Positions 13,246 through 24,679 of a stretch of DNA of 64,000 bases are shown piece by piece. This DNA is from Salpingoeca rosetta. Lineage: Eukaryota; Protista; Choanoflagellata. Below the pieces are notes generated by a model. That model saw only the letters and a list, made by a program, of their open reading frames with translations. It had not been told where the DNA came from and did not search any database. The first letter of the stretch is position 1. Each line of letters opens with the position of its first letter. The translations under genes and the position numbers were made by a program. The DNA is taken from the NCBI GenBank assembly GCA_033442325.1, contig JAWQFM010000008.1, forward strand, positions 1,310,123 to 1,374,122, read 5' to 3'.

Positions 13246-14080
13246 TCAAGCCCACATTGCGTCGACGACGGCCCTGACGGCGTTGTTGAACTTCTGTCGG
13301 TACGCGTGGATCTTTGCTTCGGACTCATCGTCCGCCTTTGGGTACACGCGATTGGTCAACAGGACCGTGATGATGCCGCGCTCAGGGTCGTTGCAAACCT
13401 CCGTGCCCGTGTACCCCGTGTGCGTGAATGTCGTGGAGGAGAGGTTGGCGCACCCACGGTACGTGTTCATCTGGTAGTTGTTCGTGTCCCAGCCGAGCGC
13501 GCGGCTGGACTGCGTCAGGTTGTAGGCCTAGCGGTGAGAGCCAAGAGTTGCGGTGAGCGTGGACGAGCATTGATTAAGTGTGGGTGAGAACAAGTGTGGG
13601 GAGGTTTGAACATGCACGCCTACACTTCAAAAAGGGCAAATGAACACACGCAAAGGGGCGATCAGTAGGAAGACGCTACTGTCTGAAAAACAAGCAACGC
13701 ACACAAACACACACACATATATGTATACAAACACACACACACGCACAAACACACACACGCACAAACACACAAGCACACACACACACACGCACACACAAGC
13801 ACGCACAAACACACACACACACACACACACACAAACACGCACCGTCGTGAACTTGTGTGCGGTGGTTTTGTTGACAAAGTCATCGCCGTGCTCTGCAAAC
13901 AAAATGCGTCGCGTAAGGACAGCAATGTCGCCTGCGGTGCTGAACAGGCCCGCGTGCCCGGCAATGCCACCCAGGGCATAGGCGTTTTGGTCCGACACCT
14001 GTCCTTGGATGACGCGGTTGCGGTATCCAGGGCCCGGCGCATCTGGAGTTGTGTCGTTCCACGTCGGTACACAGTTGCCC

Positions 14081-14163
<83 letters not shown>

Positions 14164-15978
14164 ATGTGTGTGTGAAACAAGGGACGTGATGCACACTTGC
14201 TTCACTGGGTGTAGCGTCAGCGAGCGTGACCTGCGCCCTTCACCAACAGAATCTTACTCGTTCTTTGGCGGAAGGAATCCCGTGTGATCAAGGTTCAGCC
14301 GCTCAATGACAAACTTGCGCACGTACGCCTGCAATTGATCAAAATGGTGTGCACAAAGAAAACGTGCAGTGTGCTCTCATTGGCAGGATGAAGGACGCAC
14401 ACACGCACGCACGCATTCACACACAAGCACACAAGCACACATTCACACACAAGCACGCATTCACACACACACACACTTATGCACGCGTTGGTGACCTCAT
14501 AGTAGCACTGGTCGACGGGGTGGGCTGTGTCTGAGATGCTGCTCACGTCCACGCCGGCCAAGCAGTCCTGCACTCCCGCAGACAGCACGCACCAGCGAGT
14601 ACACGTCATGATGCATTTCGTGACACGGATGCAATTCGCGTGAAATACACAACTCACGTCTCACATGTCACAACACACACACACACATATTCACAAATGT
14701 CTCACGTCACACCACACGCATCTCGCACATACGCATCGCGCAGTTCACATCACACACACACACACACACATACACACACACACATACACACACACACACA
14801 CAAACATCTCACGTCATGTAACTTGCACGTGCTTACCGGTCTAACTTGGGCCTGCGAGATGTAGTTGAGACGGCGGGCCAGGGTGCCGACAACGTACATC
14901 ATTGTGATCATCGACAGGTCTGGATATGTGATGACAGCGTGAGGATGATATCAATGACTCGTAAACGGCAATGCCATCACAACGCACAGCTGGTTAGCAG
15001 CAAAACTGTACAGCTCATGACACACACGTTCACACATACACACACACATGTTCACACACACACATGTTCCACACACACAAGACACACACACACACAAAAC
15101 ATGCATACACACACAAAACATGCATACACACACACCTGAGTAGACGTATTTCTTGCCGATGGGGTTCTCCAGCGTCTGCTTCATGAGGGCGGTGAAGATC
15201 TGCGATTGGCACGTGAACACCTCCGGCGGGTCGCGCTGCTGCGTTGCAGGACAAGCAAACGCCTTGGACCAGTACCCGGGGTACGGATCAGGCGGGTATC
15301 CCGAGTTGTGCAGGAGGAGGTTGAGGACCTTGATGGGGCCTTTTCCGTTTTGGGCGTAGGGAGCACCCAGCAGGCGATCGGACGACACAAGCTCGTCCAG
15401 CTGCAGCTCGCCACGCTGATAAAACGTCATCGTCGCTGTCGTAGTCGCCAACACCTTGGTTGATTCATATGGGCATTGTGCATGTGCATGTGTGTGTATG
15501 TGCGTGTGAGTGAGTGAGTGTGAGTGAGTGAGTGGATTGACGCGAAACGCACACAGTGAACAGTCTTCACAATGACGATGAAGTACAGAATGTGGCCGTG
15601 CCTTGCCGACTTGTTTGAGCGGTAATGCAATCGTGAAAGCACATGTGGACCGCAGCCTCCGTCTCAACAACAGCATACCTTTGTCAAGCTGGCAAGGTCA
15701 AACTTGGCGTCGGAGTGCATGGCTGGGTTGCCTTGGCTGAATGGCGGAGGAAGGCCGTAGGTGAATGCACCCACTGCGTTTGAGTACATGGTCGCTGTCT
15801 TGTTCACCACCAGTGCCACTGCGCCCGGGAACGCATGGTCCACGACACCGGCATGCAGGACATCCGACACGCTCGTCCAGGGATCTGCGCGATGCAACCG
15901 CGCAGGAACAGCTGATGTGGCCGGAACACCAGCCAGTGCAGCCAGCGCTCCAACCACCACAACAAGCAGCCCAAACAT
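13246..15978 (-). CDS. Secreted beta-lactamase-family (class C-like) serine hydrolase
   Basis: Signal peptide; FPGAVALV; FDLASLTK (SxxK); LLLHNSG; YVYSD; GQVSDQNAYALGGIAGHAGLFST; HTGYTGT; LLTNRVYP. ATG at 15978, stop at 13246. Confidence 0.88.
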
Positions 15979-16137
15979 CTTCACACGACTTCTTGCTTGC
16001 TTGTTTGTCTTCGTTGTCGTCTCGACGAAAATTGTTCATATTTTCTGCGAACGTTCTACAACCACGACGAGCAAAAAGCAGGGAACGCTCACTGCCAACT
16101 GCTTGGTGCTTGTGGACACACACGACGACTGACCACC
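15979..16137. promoter_or_regulatory. Very short (159 bp) head-to-head intergenic region, probable bidirectional promoter
   Basis: Lies between the divergent ATGs at 15978 (-) and 16138 (+). Confidence 0.5.
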
Positions 16138-16439
16138 ATGGAAGACAGCTTGTCAGAGTAAGTGGTGGCGTGGGTGTGTTGCGCGCGTTGTGTGGTTGAC
16201 TTTGTGTACGATCTTGCTGCACGCTGCTTTTCCTCACAAGTTGTGCTTGGACCTCCTTCCCCAACTTGGTTTTCTCCCAATCAGTTTGAGCGGCCACGAG
16301 TTTGAGCTGGCCAAACGGCTGGATGCTCAGGATGCGGCGTACTTGGTGCCGTTCGAGGGCATGGACAGTAAGTTCACGAGGGTGCTGGTGGATGGCACGG
16401 TGGTTTGTACCTGTCTGCGAGTGTGTGTGTGTGTGTGTG

Positions 16440-16495
<56 letters not shown>

Positions 16496-17725
16496 TGGGT
16501 GTGGGTGTGGGTGTGTGTGTGCGTGTGTGTGTGTGCGTGTGTGGCGCGTGCTGAAGAGTGCGCGCACCTCTCACGTGAATACCACCTGTACAATGCCCAT
16601 TGCCTGTTGCCCCACAGACTCGGGTGAGGAGATTTGCAAGGCGTTTCTGCAAGGCACGTGTACGCGAGGCAGTCTGTGTCCGTTTCGCCACACAAAGCCC
16701 ACCCGCAACGTAGTTTGCAAGCATTGGATCAACGGCCTGTGCCGCAAGGGTGACAACTGCGACTTTTTGCACATCTACGACCTCTCCAAGATGCCCGAAT
16801 GCCACTTTTTCCGAAACGACGGTACGCATTGGTGTATGTGTGTGAGCGCGCGTGTGAGCGCGCATGTGTGCGCGCGTGTGGAGCGTTTGTGTGCGCGTGC
16901 GTGCGTGCGTGCATATGCTGCAGCTACCATACAGTGCTTGTGTCGTGTGTCTCTCCGTCTTTGGAACGCTCATCTCACCAACGCAACAACAACACACACA
17001 ATGCCGCACGATTGGATTGGCAGGGCACTGCGAGAAGGGCAAGGATTGTCTGTTCCTACACATTACACCAGAGCAGCGTCGTCGTGACTGCGCTTGGTAC
17101 TGGCGCGGCTTCTGCAAAAACGGTGCGTGCGTGGGCGTTGTGGCTACTGCGCCCATGTTATATATTACCGCGTTTGGAGTGCTTTGCTTTCTGCATCTGC
17201 TATTGTGCTCGACCCAACGACAACGCTGAATCCACGCTTCCACGCCACCTACTTGCTTGAGCTTGTACGTGCGTATGCGTGTTCTCATGGGCTGTGTGCG
17301 TTCTGTTCTCTCATGCATTTTTCTTTCCTGTCCAGGCGCCAACTGTCGATTGCGGCACCGCAAGGCGGTTCTCTGCCCAAACTACCTCGTCGGGTTCTGC
17401 CCAAAGGGGCCAGACTGCCAACACATGCAGTGAGTTGTGTGGCCTGCGTGGCTTGTGGTGGCGCGTGTCGCTTGCATGGCTTCAGTCCTCAGTGCGGGCG
17501 CATGGTGTGTCCTCACCAGCCCCTCTCTGTCTGTCGCGCCTTCGTGTTACTGTCATGTTGCTGTCATGTTGATGTCATGTTGCTTCCCCTCATGCCACCA
17601 CCACCGCCGTCACCACCGCAGCCCGCGCTGGGAGCTTCCGACCTCGAACGCCATCAATCCCAAGACAGGGAAACCAGACGACAAAATAGAAGGTCCGCAC
17701 ACACGCACACACACACACACGTTGC

Positions 17726-17787
<62 letters not shown>

Positions 17788-18576
17788 TTGTTGTTGTTGT
17801 TTATGTTGTTGTTGTTGTTTATGTTGTTGTTGTTGTTTATGTTGTTGTTGTTGTTGCTGCTGTTGCGTGTATTTGTGTGACATTTTCAGTGTTCTGGTTG
17901 TGGTGTGTGCGTGCGATTGGATTAGCTGTTGCCAATCAGGCAGTGGTTTTGCACGTGCTCACTTTGAGTGCACATGTCACTGTGTCAGGTATGAGGCGCG
18001 GCCCACGACAGCAGCAGTCGGATCAGCCACAGTCACAACAGCTACCTCCAGGCTTTAATACCATGCGTCAGCAGCAACAACAGCAGCAACAACAACAGCA
18101 GCAGCAGCAAATGCAGCCGACACCGCCCATGCCACCTCCATTCTTCATGCAGCAACAACAGCAGCAACGACCTCCACGGCCACCGCCACCACAACAGCAG
18201 CTGCTGCAGCAGCAACAGATGCAACAACAGCGGCCACAGGCGTTTGCACCCAATATGCGACCGCCGTTCCCACCCACGTCTGGCGCCCCACCGCAGCAGC
18301 AGATGCCTCCGCGCCCACCCATGCCGCCACCTCAGCTCCGTCCCCCACAACAGCAGCAGCAGCAGCAGCCATGGCGACCGCCACCCATGTCACAACACGG
18401 GTTTCCGCCCAGCAGCCAGCAGCAGCCTGCCCGGCCTGGCCTGATGGCGCCACCGCCACGCCCAGGATTCTTCCCGCAACGGGTGAGCGCAACGGGGCGG
18501 TGGTGGTAATGCTGTGGTGGTGGTGGTGGTGGAGCAGTGATGGCGGCGGCGGTGGTGGTAGTGTCGTTCTCCTTTT

Positions 18577-18641
<65 letters not shown>

Positions 18642-18860
18642 TGCATCGCGCCTTACTGCCGTCGCAAATTGGAGAGGCGTTACCCTCACTCACTGCCAAA
18701 CCACTGCCATTACCATTGCTGCCAACAGATGCCGATGAGCCAGGGCCCGCGCATGATGCCGCCATTCTCCATGGGCCCGCCACCACACTTCCAACAACAA
18801 CAACAGCAGCACCAGCAACAGTTCCCTCGACCACCCATGCCACCACCAGGGCGCAGATGA
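16138..18860 (+). CDS. CPSF4: Cleavage and polyadenylation specificity factor subunit 4 (CPSF30/Yth1)
   Basis: PFEGMD followed by five CCCH fingers: CKAFLQGTCTRGSLCPFRH, VCKHWINGLCRKGDNCDFLHIYDLSKMPECHFF, CAWYWRGFCKNG, LCPNYLVGFCPKGPDC. Q/P-rich tail; last exon ends PPGRR* at 18860. AATAAA at 18947-18952. Confidence 0.92.
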
Positions 18861-19067
18861 CCACGGTGCAGCGCACACACACAGGCACAGTTTATGCTTG
18901 TTCTTCCTCGTTGAGCTTGTGTGATGGGTGGATCATGTGTGCAGATAATAAACAGATTCATGCCAATGAATGCAATGAGAAAGAGAAACCAGCGACGAAC
19001 GAAAGGTGCAGTGAAGGACACCGAGCGAAGCGAAGAGACAGAAAAAAAAACACACACGTCCTCCTCA

Positions 19068-21136
19068 CAGAGGATGACATCAGTGAGCGGAAAAAATAAG
19101 TTTTCATCACCGGCACACATTCAAAACCACCCGAAATATGCGTCAATCGCTTCCATTTTCCGTTGGCTGTCCCACGCACAACAGAGAACGAAGACAGCAA
19201 ACCTCAGAGCGCAAGCACAGAACCATCTTTTCCTGTTACCTCCGGGATTGCCGATTATTCACATTGATGCCAACGACTTTCTGCATCCAAGATGGCGCAG
19301 CGCAGATCGGCCACCGCAGCAGGCAGCACTGACGGAACACCGCCGTGTGTCAAGAAGAAAGAAGGCCGATTGTACACCGGGAGCCTTGACAATGAGGAGT
19401 ACGACGCCTTCAAGAAGTGGCTCAAGAAGCAGCGCAAGGAAAACTCCAGGACGCTGACGGTGGACGCAAAGCTGGACATCGTCGCCGTGCAGGCGTACTT
19501 TCGCCATGAGAAGTTTGTCAACGCGAACAAGTCAGGGAGGCCCAAGCAGTATCGGTTCACGGCACTCGCAAAGAACGTCCTTCAGCGCAGCACAGACGTC
19601 TGTCAACAAGCATGGAAGGACTACGAGCGCGCGCAAGCGGTGTCAGTCGCAGACAACGACGGGCCACGCGGGACCAAGACGACGAAGTTCAAGCGCACTG
19701 AGGCATTGCGTGTGAAGCTGCAGAACTGGTTGTACGAGCGCACTGTCAAGGGCAACCGAACTGTGGCAAAGGACGTGCTCGGCTTCTTCTGCTCCTCCGG
19801 TGTGCTGCCGATGTACTCTGATCCCACTTCGAAAGCGAACGCCCTGAGAGCTGTGCAACGATACCTGGAGTCCCTTGGCTACGAGAGAGGTCAGCGAGGC
19901 GGTTGCACCACCTACATGGAGAAGGAGGAGGTGCTGATCAAACGAGACGCGTACATCACCCAGATGATCAAGGCCCGACAGCAGCGGCGACGCATTGTCT
20001 ACCTCGACGAGAGCTACATACACCACCACTACCGCCGGCATGATGAGTCGCTGTACGACCCCGGTGATAACCGCCTGCTCCCCAAGCAAAAGCACAAAGG
20101 CCGGCGCTTCTGTTTCATCGCGGCAATCATCTCAAGCGACCCTGCAGTACCAGAAGCAGAGCGATCCGAGGAACATCGTGCACAGCTGTTACCCGAGACG
20201 CTGGACATCTTTGAGGGGGGCAAGAAGCAGAGTGGCAAGGCGCAGACCAAAGACTACCATGGCATGTTTGACAGTGCGTACTTTGAGCGCTGGATGCAGA
20301 CGCTGCTCGCCACGCTCGACGCCCGTGGCATCAAAAACACCATCATTGTCATGGACAACGCCAAGTACCACAAGTCACTCCCAGCGGACACGCCCAAGCA
20401 ATCATGGAAGAAGGCAGCCATGGTCGAGGCCTGCACGGCGCGCGGCCTGCCAGTATCCGACACCGACACTCGGGCCTTGCTGTGGGCCAGGCTGCGCGAC
20501 CACATTGCACAAACAGTCAAGCCCGTCGTCGTGCAAATGGCAGAGGACGCTGGGCACGAGGTGCTGTGGACACCGCCGCATTACTCCGACCTTCAGCCCA
20601 TCGAGATTGTTTGGGCAAACGTGAAAGGAGACGTTGGTCGACAGTACAACTACGACACAACGTTCAAGGACGTGCGCCAGCGGTTGGACGAGGCGTTTGC
20701 AACCCTGACACCGAAGACAGTTGAGGGATGCATTGCAAAAGCAAATGCTCGGCTGGATGAGCTTTACAGGCAGATCACGAGCCTCGATGAGGTGGATGAG
20801 GAGGCAATCGATGATGGGGTGTTCGATGACGGGCAGCGTGATGATGATGATGAGAATATGGAAGAGGTCGATGTTGTGAACGAGGACAAAGACAAGGACA
20901 GTGACGAGGACAGTGACGAGGACGACGATGAGGGTGAACATGAAGACGAGGATTAGTGTGAGTGGTTTGCCTGTTGTGTGGTTCATTGTGACTTGGTGGG
21001 TGGATGTGGGGTGGGGTGCCGTAGTCAATTGTGCTGAGGGAAAGGGGGTTTTTAGCGTGTTCTCTGTGGTCGAGAACGGCGAAATAAATCGTCAAACACG
21101 TTAATGTGATTTTCCGCTCACTGATGTCATCCTCTG
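19068..21136 (+). mobile_element. Autonomous IS630-Tc1-mariner DNA transposon, DD82E (Sailor-type)
   Basis: Perfect 27-bp TIRs (cagaggatgacatcagtgagcggaaaa at 19068-19094, reverse complement at 21110-21136). Right end is followed by TA. One intronless transposase ORF inside. Confidence 0.93.
19292..20956 (+). CDS. DDE transposase (DD82E), 554 aa, with acidic C-terminal tail
   Basis: IVYLDESY (D1), IIVMDNAKYH (D2), PPHYSDLQPIEIVW (E). I counted 82 residues between D2 and E. Confidence 0.93.
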   Translation: MAQRRSATAAGSTDGTPPCVKKKEGRLYTGSLDNEEYDAFKKWLKKQRKENSRTLTVDAKLDIVAVQAYFRHEKFVNANKSGRPKQYRFTALAKNVLQRSTDVCQQAWKDYERAQAVSVADNDGPRGTKTTKFKRTEALRVKLQNWLYERTVKGNRTVAKDVLGFFCSSGVLPMYSDPTSKANALRAVQRYLESLGYERGQRGGCTTYMEKEEVLIKRDAYITQMIKARQQRRRIVYLDESYIHHHYRRHDESLYDPGDNRLLPKQKHKGRRFCFIAAIISSDPAVPEAERSEEHRAQLLPETLDIFEGGKKQSGKAQTKDYHGMFDSAYFERWMQTLLATLDARGIKNTIIVMDNAKYHKSLPADTPKQSWKKAAMVEACTARGLPVSDTDTRALLWARLRDHIAQTVKPVVVQMAEDAGHEVLWTPPHYSDLQPIEIVWANVKGDVGRQYNYDTTFKDVRQRLDEAFATLTPKTVEGCIAKANARLDELYRQITSLDEVDEEAIDDGVFDDGQRDDDDENMEEVDVVNEDKDKDSDEDSDEDDDEGEHEDED

Positions 21137-21190
21137 TAAGCGCATATGCAAGCGAGGGTACATGACACGTGATGGAGTGCTTGCTTGGCG

Positions 21191-21229
<39 letters not shown>

Positions 21230-21591
21230 TGTGTGGTAGATTCTCTTCTGTGGTCGACGGAATAGTAAATGGCAGTGGTCGTGTATTGATGATGATGATG
21301 ATGATGATGATCTGAACATGTTGCAGATGATGAAACCAACCCGCAGACACACATACACACTAACACACTACACAACACACCCACACCCACACCCACACCC
21401 ACACCCACCCACACACCCACACTCAGACACACTCAGACACCCTCAGACACACGCACTAAACACAACATGGAGCTACGCGGCGGTCCCCTTTGTTTGTTCT
21501 GCGGATGCGAGTATGCGATCCCACTTGACTAACTGGTCCGAGAGGATCAGGACGACGTTGTTGGAGGCCTGCAGCAGCGAAAACACCCGGT

Positions 21592-21691
21592 NNNNNNNNN
21601 NNNNNNNNNNNNNNNNNNNNNNNNNNNNNNNNNNNNNNNNNNNNNNNNNNNNNNNNNNNNNNNNNNNNNNNNNNNNNNNNNNNNNNNNNNN
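21592..21691. other. Assembly gap (100 N)
   Basis: Run of N. Confidence 1.
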
Positions 21692-21744
21692 TCAACTGCA
21701 TCCGCCTCACACGTTCGCTGTCCTACACGACACGCGATGCACAG

Positions 21745-22429
21745 CCTTGCTGAAGAGTGTGTGCAGCAGTTGAAGCAGGGCGAGTCCTTGGAGCAATGCA
21801 AGCAGCTCAAGCACAGGGCGCTGGGTCGCATGGCGACTGTCTTGCATGATCGCAAGTCCTCGCTGGGGTACCTTGAGCAATTGCGGCAGCATTTGTCGCG
21901 TCTGCCTTCGATCGACCCCAACACGCGCACGCTGCTTGTGACGGGCTTCCCGAACGTGGGCAAATCGAGCTTTGTCAACAAGGTGACGCGCGCAGATGTT
22001 GAAGTGCAGCCGTACGTATTTACAACCAAGTCCCTCTTCGTCGGACACACAGACTACCAGTATCTTCGCTGGCAGGTACGCGTCCTCGGCACAAGCATAT
22101 GCACGTACACGTTACGCAGAAGTTGCGCATACACACGTGCATGACAGATCGTGTAGTAGTGCCACCGTTTACCCGGTCCATCTCCTGCAAGCACCACTCA
22201 TTCAAGCTCACACTGCACACAAACGCCCCTGCCATATAGGTGATTGACACACCGGCCATTCTTGACCACCCGCTGGAGCAGCGCAACACGATTGAGATGC
22301 AGGCCATCACGGCGCTTGCGCATCTGCGCGCGTGTGTGCTGTATGTGATGGACCTGAGCCAGCAGTGCGGCTTCACTGTGGAGCAGCAGTTTTCCCTCTT
22401 TGAGAACATCAAGCCCCTCTTTGCAAAGA

Positions 22430-22464
<35 letters not shown>

Positions 22465-23714
22465 CTGGATACGGTTGTGACGAGTAGCTGTGACGTTGGT
22501 GATTGTCGTCGTACTGCTTCCACTTGCCGCTTGCCATCGCGCTCACGCAACCCCCCACCCCACCCCAACCCAATGTTTGCATGTTTGCCACGGCAGCCGC
22601 TGGCGATTATTGTGAACAAGGCTGACACGATGAAGATTGAGGATGCGCCGACGGAGGTGCAGGAGCGGCTGAAGGCGTATGAGGCCGAGGGCATCAGCGT
22701 GCTGAGCATGAGCACGCTCACGGGGGAGGGCGTGGCGCAGGTCAAGAACGCAGCCTGCGACAAGCTCATGACATACCGTATGAAGTCGAAGCTTCAAGCT
22801 ACACCCACGCCACACACAATCGTTTCCAAACCAAAGACTGCCCCCGCCACAACAACTGCAACAACAGCAACAACCGCTAATCTCAGCACCAACAACAACC
22901 CAAACACTAACAACACCAACAACTACGTGACGTCCACACCCAGCGCGTTCGCTCCGAAAACCGACGATGCAGAACTCCCACCCTCCTACGCCGCGCCCAG
23001 CACAACCGACACCACCACGAGGACCAACATCGGCACCGACGCTGACGACTCGGCTGCAGTCCGTGGTCCGTCCACGCTGTGCGTCACACTGCACACGCTG
23101 CGGGACTGTTTGCGCATCTCCACGCTGTGCACGCTGGCGGCTGTGGGCATCCAGCCGCTGTATCACCACTTTGTGACGGGCGTGTGGCCGTGGTCTCAGC
23201 GGGCGTGGTTCGTGGCATCGACGATGGCGGTGCACGAGGTGATGTACTACGGCGTCAACTCGGCCTTCCTGCTCATGGACCGCTTTGGCATCTGCAGCAA
23301 GCACAAGATTGACCGAGGCAGCACGCCAGAGCCATCGCGCGCACTCATTGCCAAGACGCTGCGCAAGAGTGCTGTGTCGCACTGGGTCATCCAGCCCATC
23401 TCGCTGTACGCGCTGTTTCCGCTCTTCCTGCGTATGGGCATGGATGTTGCGGGCCCGCCGGCAGCAGGGGCGCTTGTGCCGATGATGTGTCGGTTTGGCT
23501 TCAGCGTGCTTGTCAACGACGCCTTGTTCTACTGGACGCACCGCCTCCTGCACATGCCGCAGCTGTACGCCCGCTTCCACAAGCAGCACCACGAATACAA
23601 AGGTTCGGCAAAGGCGGTGCAAGGCTGCCCGAAAGCTGCCCCTGTTGTGGTTTTCATGCTTCTACATGTGTGCGTTTGTGTCTGTCTGTGTGTCTGTGCG
23701 TGTGTGTGTGTGTG

Positions 23715-23756
<42 letters not shown>

Positions 23757-23757
23757 A

Positions 23758-23788
<31 letters not shown>

Positions 23789-24648
23789 ACTGTCTGTCTG
23801 TCTGTCTGTCTGTCTCTGTCTCTGTGTGTCTGTGTCCGACCTTTGTCTGCGGGAGCTTAACGTTCGTCATCCGGTATATTCACATGCGCGTTTCTTTGCC
23901 ATCTCACCCCACACCGCTGCCCCCTCCCCCAACCCTTGTGCACCGCCAGCCACCACGGGCTTTGCTGCGGAATACGCGAGCCCCCTGGAGCAGCTACTCA
24001 GCAACCAGGTGAGGGGACACGGTGGTGCGGTTTTGGCTGCGCTGGCGTGCAAATGAAGAGTGCGTTTGTTTGCTTGTTTTGTAGTTTGTTCATCTGAATT
24101 GGTCCATTCCACCGATAACACACGCATACACGTGCGCCCACCACGTACCACGCATTCATCTCTGTGCGACATGACTCCTTTCGCACAGCTGCCTGTGGTT
24201 GTCGGCCCTCTGCTGTGCCGTATGACCACAACAGAGTGGCTTGTCTTCCTCGTCTGGCGTCTCTGGCGCACATATGAAGACCACAGGTGTGGCATCGCGC
24301 TTTGCATATTTTTTTTTTCACACGGCACACCCCACCGGCTTTCTGTACTGCACCAACAACCCTGCTGCTGGCCGTTTATCTTTTGCTCTTCGCACGTTCT
24401 GCCTTGTGTTCAATTGCACATTTTCCATGCGCATGTACAATCAACTGTGCATGCACCGCTCGTGCATTCTCTCCTACACGTACCACTTTCATGCGTGGTG
24501 CTCACCGCCACTGGTTTTTTTTTTTTTTTTTGCTTGCATGCAGCGGGTACGACTTTCACAACACGTTCCTGGGCCGCCTCGGCTTGTCGCACGGCTACAG
24601 TGCCATCTACCACGATTTTCATCACTCACACAACCTCGGGAACTTCGG

Positions 24649-24679
<31 letters not shown>

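Noticed and set aside
21240-21591. Possible 5' exon of the chimera or a disrupted gene before the gap
   Set aside because: An open frame exists but has no recognisable homology, and the gap prevents linking it.
21745-22790. Treating the NOG1 copy purely as an assembly duplicate
   Set aside because: It has its own diverged codons, a different intron, intact splice sites and an open frame. Partial consensus contamination of the identical tracts cannot be excluded without reads.
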